Below, one piece after another: positions 25,301-38,049 of a stretch of DNA of 64,000 nt. Both the position numbers and the translations under genes were made by a program. The notes below the pieces were generated by a model. It was given only the letters and a program-made list of their open reading frames with translations. It was not told where the DNA came from and searched no databases. The stretch spans positions 496,001-560,000 of the forward strand of contig BQFW01000015.1 of the NCBI GenBank assembly GCA_020891255.1, in the 5' to 3' direction. This DNA is from Entomortierella parvispora E1425 (lineage: Eukaryota; Fungi; Mortierellomycota). Each line of letters starts with the position of its first letter. The stretch's first letter is position 1.

Positions 25301-26644
25301 AATGACTGTTCTTCCAAGATGTGAACTTGCATGTCTGTTTTTTGAGGTATAAATCTTAACCTCAATACCTTTTTTTTTTCCTTCTATAGCAACACATTCC
25401 AGACATTGCAGCCTCTCGTTTTCCCTGGATTCACTTATGGCTGGTTGTCATTGATCTCGCACAGGGCATTCATGCCCAAGATTCTCCTCGCAGAAAATGG
25501 AAAGGGCTGGCAGTCGTTCCAAAAGCTGCTAGTTTCCCTCTTCCGTTTCTTGATTCCATTCTTGGTTGGAGGAGAGATGCAGGACACGACTAGGACCCTC
25601 TACAAAGGAACACTGCGCGTCTTGCTCGTGCTCTTGCACGATTTCCCCGAGTTCCTGTGCGATTTCCATTTCAGCTTCTGTGACGTTATTCCTCACAGCT
25701 GCATCCAGCTTCGCAATTTGATCCTGAGTGCGTTCCCTCGCCACATGCGCCTTCCTGATCCATTCACGCCTAACCTTCAAGTGGATATGTTGGTCGAAAT
25801 CCGCCAGCCACCCCGTGTGCTTTCAGATTACACCACTAGCCTGAAGATGTCTTTGAAGCGGGATGTGGACAACTATTTGAAGTTGAGGGAACAGCAGACC
25901 AAGGAACAAGTTGGTCAAGCCGCGGCGTTCATGGAGAATCTGAGTGAGATTTTGGCGATTGACCCCAACAACCACGACTTGTACTCTGGTGGAACCAAGT
26001 ACAACGTGCCAATGATCAACTCTTTGGTTCTTTATGTCGGCATTGCTGGAATTGCCCAGCTGCAAGCTTCTGATACCACCTTGAACGAGGGTGATGACAA
26101 CAGGGACACCAAGGGAAAGATTGGTGACAACCAGCAGGACTCTACCGTGTCATCCAGTGTTGGACCCCCGCGCATCGCTCGGACAGGATCAATGGACGTT
26201 TTCCAGCGACTCTTGACTGATTTGGACTCGGAGGGACGATACCTCTTCCTGAGCGCAATTGCGAACCAACTACGATACCCTAATTCGCACACACACTACT
26301 TCAGTCAAGTCCTCCTCTTCTTGTTCCATGAGTCGGAGCAAGAGGTCATGAAGGAACAGATTACCAGGTACGACCCCTTGTTCGCTCCCAACAGTTGATC
26401 TTTGGATATTTTTATTTTTTGCATTCCATTTGCTAATCCTTGATTTATTTACATTTGTCCTTTTAGGGTGCTTTTGGAGCGTCTCATCGTGAACCGACCT
26501 CACCCTTGGGGCTTGTTGATCACGTTTATTGAGCTGATCAAGAACCCTCGCTATGCCTTCTGGGAGCATGCGTTTACTCGAATCGACCCCGATATCGAGA
26601 AGCTGTTTGACTCTGTGTCGCGATCTGTCAAGAGATCCTCTTAG
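19339..26644 (+). CDS. NOT1: CCR4-NOT complex scaffold subunit Not1, multi-exon
   Basis: Motifs [72 protein letters not shown] and [26 protein letters not shown]. Confidence 0.97.
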
Positions 26645-27299
26645 AATTTGTAATTTGTTTTAGCGCTTTTTGCTACTGAGCCGCGAGCTCCATCCCTTCT
26701 TTTTTTTTTTGTAGTTTATCATCATAATTCAGAGCCCATAATATCGTGTGTTGAAATAAAGCGGGTCAGGAACCAGAAACAAAAAAAACACAAAATATAT
26801 CACGCTCCCCACATCCCTCTCCATCTTTTTCTCTGCAATGTCCATGGATAAACGCACCTCAAAAGCCAGAAAAAAAGAGCGACTGGGTATTAAGAGAAAG
26901 AAAGAGAGAAAAAAAAAGACAAAGGAGGTTGAAAATGCGAAAACTTGACTGCAACACTGCCAGTGCTACAGACATATAAAGCCGTTCATTTGAGAGAAGC
27001 AGAAGAAGAAGCAGGAGAAGAAGCAGAACCGCACTCGCACTATGGACTATATCTCTCTATACTTCTGACCTCCATCCGCCCACCCATCCACCCGCTCACC
27101 CCAACTCACCCCACCCACTCCCACCTCATCTCGCTGTAATTCGTGCAAGTTTTTTATGAGTGAACAGATTTGTGTAAGGGACCCCCGTGTGAAGGATCCT
27201 TATTTGTGTGAAATCCATTATTTAAGTTGTTCTCAGCAAAAAAAAAAAAAAAAAAAAATCGCGTCTCTCCTACTCCTCCTACTCCTCCTTGTCAATCGC

Positions 27300-28200
27300 G
27301 TTGCCCAGCACCGCTCATAGCTGCATCCAAATCTTTGGGAGACCTGTCGAAGCTCCTCTTAAGACAATCATCGTCTAGGTGGAAATGGTATGTTGTGGTG
27401 AACTCATTGCCTCATTGTCCATTGTCTTCCAAACTATCCGCTGTCCTCCGCGGTCAATTCTCTTTTTGCATCCTCGACAAGAAGGGGGTAAACCACTGAG
27501 AGCGACTGGACGTAATGAGAACCCGAATAGATAACGAGTGCGTCGCGCCTGCTTCGTGTAGGGACAGCTTCGGCAGTGGCTCTCGAAGATGGACAGAGCA
27601 TTTGATGGTTACAGCAGGCCCTGTCGATGTCCTAACAGGATATGTTATCATGTTAATTGGTGGTTTAATCTTCGGATGCTTCAATGCGGACATAGGGATA
27701 TTCTAATACCTCTTTCTTCGACAGGATCGCCAGTTTTTCTTCAACGCGCTTATCGATAGTCTTCTCCAGATTTTCTTCAAAACGCTCGTCCATAATATTC
27801 TCGATAGACTTCACAGCACTTCACAGCATTGAGGAAAGTAAGGAAACTGCCGCTAAGGATGGCTGATGTGCGTTCCTGTTGGCACAGGGGCACAGGATCC
27901 CTCACACAAATCTGTTTACCCGTTTTTTATTTGAACTAACAGCGCCCTTTAAGGGACTCGCAGATGTTGTTCGTAAGAACAAATCTGTAGAACAATGGGC
28001 TTAATCTCAGCAGCTCGTATCAACAAGTACACTCGTCTGCTTGCAATACCTTGTTCAATGAAAGTCATCCGCAATGGATTTATCTCTTCCAATATTTGAA
28101 ATTAACATTAGCAGGAGTTCCATAAAGCCTTTCCGGTCTGCAAGTCCAACCCAAGTAATATGATTCAGGGACAAAAGTCCTATTCGTATTCAACTAAATA
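27300..28200 (-). pseudogene. Heavily decayed gene, possibly nuclease-fold (REase/Crinkler-like)
   Basis: Stop-riddled fragments KSIENIMDERFEENLEKTIDKRVEEKLAIL and RSRRDALVIYSG...YPLLVEDAKRELTAEDSG*. The D...VE(x)xK spacing is suggestive only. Confidence 0.3.
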
Positions 28201-28629
28201 TCGGGAAAGGCGGTATCGTCGCGCTCTTGCACGGATTCTGACTTTGAGGCGCTGATAGCTTCGGGCCATCGCCTACTCAGGCAGACCCAAATACTGTAAA
28301 GTATTCCTCTCCCATTATAAATACTAACTTTTCATCAGTAAGGTGAAACTAACCTGTCTCTCTTCTGCTTCAGTATGATAGGAAGAGTCGACATCGAAGG
28401 ATCAAAAAGCAACGTCGCTATGAGCGATGGGCTGCTACAAGCCGTAAACCAGTTGTATGTATATAAACAGCACCCAGATTTTTTCGACACTCTTCCCCTT
28501 TTTCTCGCCCTGCAGTCATCCAACCCCGTCTTTTGTTTGTCGTCCCTCCTCCCCCCACTTTTTTTTTTCTGCGTACTCATCTTTTTTTGGAATCCTTCTC
28601 TTTTTTTCTACATCTTTCGTTTAAGTGTT

Positions 28630-28760
28630 ATCGCTCTTCCTTGCCCTTGCTCTTCCTTGCCCTTGCTCTTCCTTGCCCTTGCTTTTCCTTCTCCTTGCTC
28701 TTCCTTGCCCTTGCTCTTCTTGCCCTTGCTCTTCTTGCCCTTGCTCTTCCCTGCCCGTGC
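28630..28760. repeat. Pyrimidine-rich degenerate tandem repeat (CCCTTGCTCTT-type units)
   Basis: Repeated ccttgctctt / cttgcccttg motifs. They generate the KSKGK-repeat antisense ORF. Confidence 0.8.
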
Positions 28761-29515
28761 TGTTTGCTGCCATCGCTCTACTATCTTCTCCTCCCTTACT
28801 TTTCCCTTCCTCTTCGTTTGCCTGCCGTGCCCCTCTTTTTCCTGGCCTTGATTTCCCATATTTTCTTCAGCATAGTGATCATTCCCTCATCCTATTCGCC
28901 TCTTTTGAGTAGTCGTCATTAAATGAATACAATACAGTGTTAGGTGGAAAGAAGCTATTGTTTTCATTATGAGATGAAGGTTAGGCGTAGATAAATCGAT
29001 GACGGGATTTAACGAATAAAAAAAAACAAACTCGACAAGTAGCGGTGGTAGGCAAGTGATGGTGGCGATCCTGATCCATCCATCTCGATCTTTTACTATG
29101 TCTCCTTCCTTTTTTTTCTGCATCTTCATTTTTTTTTTTTTTTTTTTGGCAACCCTTTTTTTTATGCATCCTCCGTGCCCTTGCCTTTCCATTCCTATTC
29201 CTTTTTGCTCTTGCTCTTCCTGGCCTGACTTTTTTTCCCTTGCCCCACGCCTAGCTTCCATGAATCTTTTAATGTCATTGTTACTACACCCATTCACATG
29301 ATGGAACCGGGATCAAAAGCATTTTGTTTCCTATAAAAGAGCGTAAAAACCAAGTTTCTAATCTCAAATTATCACATTCCCTTCCTCAAACCCACACTGT
29401 AAGCATCCATCCCAAGAATTGTCGGCATTTTACACAGCTTCTATTTTGGACAGCAGAACTGCACTCTGTGAACTGTATACTGACACTTGACTTTGCATTG
29501 ATAATATTAGGCACT

Positions 29516-30082
29516 ATGAGAGATTTGCTGTTGTTCACAGTGTTAGTCCTTACCATGGGTCTCAACGTAGTCCTGGCGGCATGTGGACCATTTCCGTACA
29601 TAACCAATAAGATTGCCACTAACTGCGTAGTCCTGGGGAACAGCTGTAAAGACCACAACGATTGCACAAACAATACGTTGTGCGATTTCCTCAACCTTGT
29701 GGGGGGGAAGAAAGCGGAGTCTTCCGAGATTCAGGAAACAGACGTCTTATGTGAAAATAACGTCTGCGTTTATCGATTTTCTCAAAATCGTGGGGAGGAC
29801 TGCAACTGTGCACTGAGATGCGGTAATGGTCGTGAATGCAAGAACAACAAGTGTACTGACGTGGTGCACAAGGAGGAGCCATGTGGCAAATGTGATCAAG
29901 CCCCCATCAATGGAAGATGTTGTGGCCGCGGCATTGTGGACGGCAGAACCAATACCTGTTACTGCGGGACGAAGAAGATAGGGTGTAATGGAGAAAAATG
30001 TGTGTATCCTTTTCTATGCTGCCCACAGAATGGCAAGTGCTATAAGAAAGGAGAAGCCTGGAATGACTGCCCAAATCAGTAG
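29516..30082 (+). CDS. Small secreted cysteine-rich protein (188 aa, 24 Cys), intronless
   Basis: Signal-peptide-like MRDLLLFTVLVLTMGLNVVLAA. 24 Cys in the mature part, including CC and CxC pairs. Confidence 0.75.
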   Translation: MRDLLLFTVLVLTMGLNVVLAACGPFPYITNKIATNCVVLGNSCKDHNDCTNNTLCDFLNLVGGKKAESSEIQETDVLCENNVCVYRFSQNRGEDCNCALRCGNGRECKNNKCTDVVHKEEPCGKCDQAPINGRCCGRGIVDGRTNTCYCGTKKIGCNGEKCVYPFLCCPQNGKCYKKGEAWNDCPNQ

Positions 30083-30394
30083 CACTGTCAAATGCCGCTC
30101 ATACTTCAGTTACAGAAACGAGCTGAATATATATTAGCCAGAGCTTCTTGACGATTTTTTCATACACTCAGCAGTACTACACCAAGTTCTATTCCCACTG
30201 CATACGTGAAAAACTAACAATAAAGGCAAGGCTTTTTTCCCAACAGCCACAGCGCGTATCAATAGATTATTCTTTTCCCTCCGAGGGACTCTATCTTTTT
30301 TTTGTTTGAATCAATTTACTGCGTCGAGTGTGTATAAAAAACCAAGTTTGACCCAACACCTCCAGGGTCCTCGATATACAGCCACAGTCTCATT

Positions 30395-31922
30395 GGCCCT
30401 ACTCAATGCTGAACCATGACAAAAGATGTAAAAATATAAAATAATTTTGGTGTTTGTTTACTTGCTTTGCCGTCGCACAAAGAAAAACAAACATGCCCCT
30501 GAAGCGTCCGTGTGCGTGTCCTTGCAAACAGACATGCACCTCAAGCGTCCGTGTGCGTGTCGGTGTGAAAGTGTGAGACTTTTTTTCAGTCAGGGTGCTT
30601 CTTCGTTCTATTCCTCCCTCCTTTCCTTGCCTGCGCAAACTCATGGCACGAAGCTTTTACTTTCAGGAGTAGAGAGTTCGCTTCTTGGCGCTTCTTGAAG
30701 CCGAACAAACTGCAGGCGAAAATGATCTGGCAAGAGCAAGAGGAGTGAATCCGCTCCTTATCGAGGATCCTTTCGACGAATTGTTTATGGAACTTGCTCT
30801 TGTGAACAGCTCTCGTTACCTTGACCGACCCATCATGTATGCCCGTAACAACCGCGACTATAACGTTCTTGACCGTCTGGAAGGCTTCCAGGATAAGAAG
30901 TGCCGTATCTTCCTACGCATGACTCGAAAAAGCTTTCTCAAACTCACATGGATGCTCTTTGAGCACGAAGTCTTTCAAAGTCCAGGCTACAACAAACAGG
31001 AACAGGCTGCCGTTCAAATCGCAATATTACTTGACCGTCTTGGCCACGATGGGTCTGGCATGTCAACGGCGAGGTTGGCAGAGACCTGGCACAGAAGCGA
31101 GGGGTCTATATATAACTACACGGAGCGAGCCATGGTCGCCATTCTCTCCCTACAGAAACGTTTTCTTTTTTGGCCAAAATCGGAAGAACGAGTGGCCCAC
31201 GCAACCTGTGGCAAAGTCGCTGGGAAAGGATTCGTTGGTTGCGTCGGGTTTGTAGATGGCACCACCATTCCATTTGAACAAAGACCAGAGGTCAAAGGGG
31301 ACTAGAGGAATTGTCAGAGAAATTCTTGCTTACTGTCTTCTCCCGTTATATGAATGATCCGGTTCCCAGAGAGGAGGACGATCATTTCTTCATTCTAAAA
31401 TTTGGAAACTTGACCGAGCAGGAATTCAAGAACACGTTTCAAACAACCAAGACTGCATTTCAAGCTCTTGTGGAGATGCTTGAGAAAAATGACCTCTTCA
31501 GAGAATACTCGGTCCGCAAAACCCTCGATCCAGCTTGGCAAGTTACGATCGCCCTGATCAAGCTTAGCAGACCCTGGGGCGGTTCTTCTCCCTTCACCGA
31601 GCTTGTCATCGATGGCCTTGCTTCGTCAACCCAAGCGAAGTACACAAATCGTGTCATTGATGCTCTCTTATCCGTTAATCTCGCGTGTATCCAATCGCCA
31701 AACGAAAAGCACAGGAAGAGTGAATCGGGATTTTTTGTAAAGTCCCAATGGAGACTACCTCAATCAAAAAGCAGTGTTGAGTTTGCCTTCGAAAGACATA
31801 CCGCCGCGTGCCATGTTCTGTTTGTCAGAGCGTCCAATCAACGCCTAATAAAAAAAGTCATGTGATATTTTTATTATTCTTGACTATTTTAATTTTTTAT
31901 GATCAGAGCTATGAGCTGGGCC
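30395..31922 (+). mobile_element. Defective PIF/Harbinger-superfamily (PHIS) DNA transposon
   Basis: ORF 30685-31305 has the Harbinger HTH region (FLRMTRKSF...QIAILLDRLGH..G....LAETW..SEGSI...TER) and the first catalytic Asp (CVGFVDGT), then stops. ORF 31311-31865 is a second degenerate N-terminal half. Imperfect TIRs GGCCCTACTCAATGCT / AGCTATGAGCTGGGCC (12/16), flanked by ATT on both sides. Confidence 0.8.
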
Positions 31923-32830
31923 ATTATAATCATAAAATAGTTCCCTGTTTAAAATGCGCTGCAACTGTTGGCGTGTCTTTATTTTGCGAGTGAACAGATA
32001 TGACTTCAGACGAACAGTTTTTCCAATGCCGTTTTTAGAGTTCCGCTCCTAAGAGCTGTGCTACTGTAGCGTCCTCACCGCAGATTTCAATTGCCCTCTT
32101 CTTATCTGTAGTAGCGATAGGTGAGATGATAGGTCGCTTCGATCTTGAAAAAAAGAAAAAAAAATGAATCGCCATCGAGTGCAAACACCGTGGCTCACTT
32201 TGATCACAAGAGGGCGATCATCTATTTTCTTCTCTTTGCGTTCCCGGGTAACTTTTTGATACTTGGCAAAGAACATTACTCCAAAGGGGAAGAAGGGATA
32301 CGAAAATACGATCTCTATCCTTCAGCTCTCACACAAATAAAGGAGGCGAAGGAAAGATGGCTAAATATACATCCAAGGAAAAGGATGGCGAACAGTCAGA
32401 CGAGCGTTTAGCGTGCAACGCTCTGTGTGGGGCTGCCACACATCCGCACACTCCATCTGCAAACACTTTAACACGTACATCCGTCGTCCCCAGTCATCAA
32501 GGGTTCTCTCAACCCCGTTTTTAACGACTCAGCGCCTCTCCCTTGTCATACGACCACCTAACGCCTTACTATAAAGGAACTCTTGACTTGTGGTCCCAAG
32601 AAAAAACGGGGCCTCTTGTCGCCTGGTTCCTTTGTCGAGTGATACTCTTCTTCTTTTTTCTTTCTCATTTCCCACATCCACCTTTTGCTCTTCACAGACC
32701 ATCTTCTGCTCATCTTACACTTTGGCACGACCCAACTGTTCCTAGTGCCCTTCCTCTTTTACTCTTCACTACAAAAAAGAAACGCAGACACCCCCCTCGT
32801 CTCCATTCCCCTTCTCCCATCAACACCAAC

Positions 32831-33184
32831 ATGAGTGCACCCAGCTTTGTCTGCCAAGAATCCTTCGCGGCCAACAACGCGACGTCTTGCCTGCGTTACA
32901 CAAAGCTCAAGAAATGTATCAAACATGGGCAAGAGAACCACCTCAACTTTCTCTGTGTCGGCGCCAACACGATTTCGATCGGGGGATCGACCGTGCCCGC
33001 ACCCTCCAATTTGACCATGACCCCGTTCATGTGCACGTTGGAGTCCTGTCCGACCGCGGCCCCTCACTCCAAGAAGAAACACAGCGGGGCAAAGAAGCAG
33101 AGCCTGCAGTCCACCTCCGTGGGCATGACTCTTCCTGGGATCTTTGTCCTGGCTCTCGTCGTCTCCCAGCTGGCGTTTTTCTGA
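32831..33184 (+). CDS. Hypothetical 117-aa protein, 6 Cys, C-terminal hydrophobic tail
   Basis: ATG after a pyrimidine-rich leader (CAACACCAACATG), C-ending codon bias, C-terminal GMTLPGIFVLALVVSQLAFF. Confidence 0.5.
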   Translation: MSAPSFVCQESFAANNATSCLRYTKLKKCIKHGQENHLNFLCVGANTISIGGSTVPAPSNLTMTPFMCTLESCPTAAPHSKKKHSGAKKQSLQSTSVGMTLPGIFVLALVVSQLAFF

Positions 33185-34040
33185 AAGAACAAAAAAAAAA
33201 CCCCCCTAAACAAACAAACATAGTCTACAAACATACAAACAAAAAAAATCAAAACTGCACACGCGAGCGATACAACAAAAAGAAAAAAAAAATCTCCCCC
33301 TGACGACCTCCTTCTTCCGCTTGTACCAATACACACACACCGTAATAAATCATGAAGGTCGGCGTGGGAGATGGATCTCTCGGGTCGATCGCATGGCGTT
33401 AAACCCCATCTTTGGCAATTTCAGGGGAGGAGGGGAGGAGGGGACAAGGGGAGAACTTCAGGAGGTGCAGTGGTGGTGATCAGGAAGTATGGAGGATGTG
33501 GCGATTATTTTTTTCCGCGCTGGCTCTTTTATCCTGCATCGTCATAGGTGGTAAGGTCGAATGGCCTGCAAGAGAAAGGGCGATGACGCGATCTATCTTA
33601 GAAGAGCCTTTGGTGCCAATGTCAAGCAGGAGAGCGTCGAAGAAAGTGTGTTGTCAAGAACGCGTTCCTATATACGCAGAAGCTTCTGCGCGAGCGGAGT
33701 GCTTGGGAAGATCGAAATCTGCTGACATGTTCGACGTGAAAAGGCGAAGTAAACACGTTTTATTCTTTAGTCGCCAATGTAGCGTTTGCTATACACAGTG
33801 GCATGTTGCAATAGACTTCTAAAAAAAGAAAAAGAGTTGCGGCTAGGGGTTCAAAGCCGCAAGCAGTAGCTGGAATGTGATATACCGGGCGAGCGCTTTG
33901 ATGGTTGTATTTTTGTTGTGCGTGTCTTCGTTTGTAAGTAGGTTATTCATCCGTGAAAGCAAAACGATGGTGGTGAGTCCACCATGCTTCAGCTTCATCA
34001 AACTTGGGATCCTTCAAGCGCGGGAGCAAAAAGGTCAATT

Positions 34041-34843
34041 CTAGATTACGAGAGATTTCAGCAGAACCAGGAGGGAAAGGGACCGGCTGGCCACCATCAA
34101 AGAGTTTGTTTCGATTTCGACATGTGATTCCAACCTCAGTCCCTGTCCACAGTTCAACAAATCCATTGACATTCTTGAGAAGTAAATCTCGTGATGTAAA
34201 ATCGCAGAAATAGTGAAGCGTGTGAAGGATGGTCCACCATTGCTGGATCCTTTTCCTTGTCCTCCCTGAGCCCCTAGTTGTCTATCCCCGCCTATCTCTG
34301 CGCTTGACTCGATTCCTTGTCTGTTTACCAGCTTTTGACTTGTCCGCTTTCATGACAAGGCCAAGGGCCAAGGATCCAAATTCCGCGAGAAACTTCGGGG
34401 GGACCCTCTCTGATGATACTGTTTCATTGGTAACAGGGTCACTTTGCCAAATGTCGGGACGCTGACTGGAGACCAGAAGATAAGTGACATTCCCGGGAGA
34501 TACGATATGAACAGCACCATTAGTCAAAACAACGTCCAGGATTACGCCCGGATAGTGCTTGATGCAGTGAGGCGTGATTCAAGAATATGACAAGAACGCT
34601 TTTGAGCTTTCGTGGACTACAACGCCCCTTCTCAGACCTTCAGGCTCACCTTCTAAGTTACCTTTTCCGATGGGCAGCCTTCATCCACATGAGCGTAATA
34701 TTGCCATTCATGACGTGTTTGACACCTGGAAAACAGTGCTCTATATCGTCCCAGTCGATAACAGACTGCCCATCAACTTGGGTGCAAAGGAGTTCTTGGA
34801 CGTTCTTGGAGCCAGCAACACGAAAGGATTGAGTCTCCTGCAT
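34041..34843 (-). pseudogene. Mortierellaceae-type N-terminal header-domain gene, truncated
   Basis: Exon 1 MQETQSFRVAGSKNVQELLCTQVDGQSVIDWDDIEHCFPGVKHVMNG joins RITPHCIKHYPGVILDVVL, a header I recall from many Mortierella proteins. The acceptor at 34580-34581 reads TG instead of AG, and stops follow at 34282 and 34041. Confidence 0.6.
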
Positions 34844-35378
34844 GACTTGTTACAAACACCTGCGGTGGATAATGTGAACAACAGTGATTGCGTGAGAAAA
34901 TGTGTGTGGGATGTGTGAAAAGAAGGAGAAAGAGGCAGTGCTGGCAGCATGGTCCTTTCAAGTCAAAAAATTGGGCTGTGCTCGCTTCGGCTTTCTTTGT
35001 GAGGCCGGCCTTGTTTGACTTGCCTCACAGCTTGGAAGTCAACACAAAGAGAATTTCAAGCAGACTGAGCTGAAGATACATACATGTGTGGGTGGTGTGC
35101 TGTGGGATTCAATTCGCAGGTTTCATAAGCTTAAGGGGTATAGCGCCCGATCGCACCAGGACGAATGAAAAGATGGATGAATGGGATTGGGAACGAGGGA
35201 TGAGAGTATGAGAGTGGGTGATGAATGAGTGAATGAGCGTGGGTGTGGTGGGTGCAGATGAGGGATGATTGAAATGAGTGTGTAACCGTTTGCATGTCTT
35301 CAGAGTAAAATTTTCCGGTATACATATCATCATAACGGTAGCCAGTAGCAAAGCATCCCAATACACTCTTTTTATTTA

Positions 35379-37989
35379 TCAGTACGTTGAATCATAGCCT
35401 TCATGCTCAAGCTCATATTCGTCCTGCTCATCTGTCTCATCTGTCTCCGTCAACGATCGACGAGGCACATTGTTTCGCTTGTCCTTACTTGCAGGTGAGA
35501 ATAGAATAATGGGTTTCGAGCGCTTGCGTGGTGGGGTGGCGGATGACATTGATGTTTGCTCTTCTTCGAAGTAGCTGTAATCGACGTCGTCGTCAAGGGG
35601 TGTGGCCTTGGACTGGGCTAAGGCATCTGTGACGTCGATAGAAAAGCGACGAAGATGCTCCTATTGTGATTTGTCAACCATCCATTCTTGAGATGCAACG
35701 AATAGTCAAGACTCGATAATTCTCGGTGAAGAAACTTACCTTGAAGGCAAACAGAGTGAGAATACTATCGGACAGAAAAAAATTCTTAAGACTTGAGACG
35801 TCAGAGGGCAAGGTGATACCCTGGGCAGTCGCTCGACCTGCCCCGAGTACATCGCCATATCGCCTCAATGTGTAGAAGTTCAAGCTGAGGCCTCTGCCTT
35901 CGGCAATTACTGGATAGTGACGAGTGACGTCCAGACCACGATCCTCAAGATCTACAAGAATGGCAGCATTCAAGCGGACGGATTTCTTCTGCTTGACATT
36001 ACAGGTATGTTGACTGGCACTGGCAGTCTTGAACTCAAACACTGCAATTTCGCTCCGCCATTCATTATCGACTTGGATCCGTAGACTCATATCCACTTTT
36101 CTTCCTGACACCGTCGATTTTGTGGATCCAAACTCAGACTCAGTAGCCTGTCGTGCATCTGCGCTCGACTTGGAAATCAACTCTCCACTAAAGGAAACAA
36201 AAATGGAGGACAGTGGTTACACTCAAGAAGCCTTTGCATGATGAAGTTAGTTCAATAAACCAAGTCCACGGATTTACACTTACGGAATGACACGAAGTCT
36301 AGTTCCTACAAATAAAATATTGAGGATCCATGTCCATACAGAAACAAACACGTGCTCCGAGGTTGGAGGAGCGAGCGATCCTTGCTCAATCGAGGCAACG
36401 ACATGCTGTACAATCAGTAGGGTGGTGTACATGGCCATACCAGACTCAGTCTGCTTCAGATCAACTGCGCGACACAGTTCTTTCCATATGGTCTTCTGCA
36501 ACTGCACAAACTGGGGTTCCGCATACGGGTCTTGTTCGAGTGTTGGGCACAATGCATCTAGTAGCCTTTTCAAGACTTCTTTGACAGATCTGTGTGTGTC
36601 TGATGCAGGGTCGACTGGTGGTAATTGCGATGAGGTCATGATAGACTTGGAGACAGTGAAACTCCGTCCGCTCGGTGCCACAGTGTTGATAATTCCAGAT
36701 AGCATGACCCTAATGAGATAAACAGGTAGCATTAGCAGGAGATATCTCAGTGATATTGCTTGCAACGCGAAAAGATAAACTTACAGTACATCCTTCTTGG
36801 CTTGGACTAGTCCAGGCTTGCGCAACTCGCATAATGCCGCCTTGTATAGTTCTTTGTGGTTCTTCGAGAGACCTTGAGGGATCAATGAGGGAAGGGTCGC
36901 AGGCTTCTTTTTGACCTAATGAGACAAAGATAAGCGTTTCAAATTTAGCTTCTGAATTGCTATTACCAGTAGTGAGCACAGGTGCTCGTTATACCTTCTG
37001 AAACACATAAGCGATCAAGTCATAGAAAGGCGTCGACATGGCACGCGAGTAAACAATCTGCGCCTCTGATATATCAACATCTACATCAACATTGCTGGGT
37101 TAGTAATGGACAGGCAAGCAGGCTCAATACAATACAGGTTGGCTCTTCAGAGTCAGAACATAACATCGCACAAACCTGTATCTGGCTCCGTAGGCGACTG
37201 TTCTGTTGGTGGATTCTTTGTTGTCTCGACAGAAGATAATGGTGAGGTGAAATTGGATGATCTGAAAGGACGGATGTTCGAAGATGTAGGTGCCAGAGGC
37301 GTGGTCGCATACTTGTCATGCACATTCTTGGCCACTCTGAATGTGTGTTCCTCATCCTGCTGGAAGGTAGTGAAAGTTGATGGCGGGAGGCTTGCTGATG
37401 AACTGGACGTAGGAGTAAAGGGTGGCCGGTTTCGGAGACTCGATGCAGCAATGCGATCCTCCTGATCAGTAGGGAATATCGACATTAGCTCAAGATAGAG
37501 GAAGTAACAAAACAAATGTGCTCAACAGAATTGCTGCTTACTTCTTGCGAGAGCAACCCTATACCGGACTCAATGAATCTTGAGCCCTGGACTACACCAG
37601 CAATTTGAAGTCGTTTGCGCTTCTTGTCAACAACCATCTCAACGCTCATCTTCTTCCGACCCTTTCCTTGCGAGAAGTAGTTCGCCGCCCACTCTTTGAA
37701 TTCATCCTCCTATGAAAAGTAAAAAAATGCTACGTGAGTTTTCATTGCGACCTCAGCAAACCAGGATCTTACAATAAACAAAAAAGAGTGGAACCTTCAG
37801 CTGGCTCATTAGCTGGGTGTAGCCTGCTCTATGCAGTGATGTATGAAGAGCGTCCAAGGCCTTGTGCTTTGTGGAAAGGTTGAATTCTTGGAAGAACCCT
37901 TGAGCTATTTGCGTGATATTCTTGCTGGCGTTCCGCAAGATGAACTCGTGCCTCTTTTTGTGTAGATCTGTCGACATGGTCTCTAACAT
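35379..37989 (-). CDS. PD-(D/E)xK nuclease-like protein, copy B, apparently intact, 8 exons (~660 aa)
   Basis: Manual splicing gives one continuous frame ending ...GRKVDMSLRIQVDNEWRSEIAVFEFK...QKKSVRLNAAIL...YPVIAEGRGLSLNFYTL..., with an acidic tail. The D-x18-E-x-K spacing fits the restriction-endonuclease fold. The first donor (GTTCCA) is weak. Confidence 0.7.
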
Positions 37990-38049
37990 GAAAAAGACAA
38001 TGTCATCTTACATGTCTATTTTCCAACATCGAACGTTTGTCATGTGACA

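Noticed and set aside
28608-28859. KSKGK-repeat ORF on the minus strand
   Set aside because: Explained by a simple pyrimidine-rich repeat.
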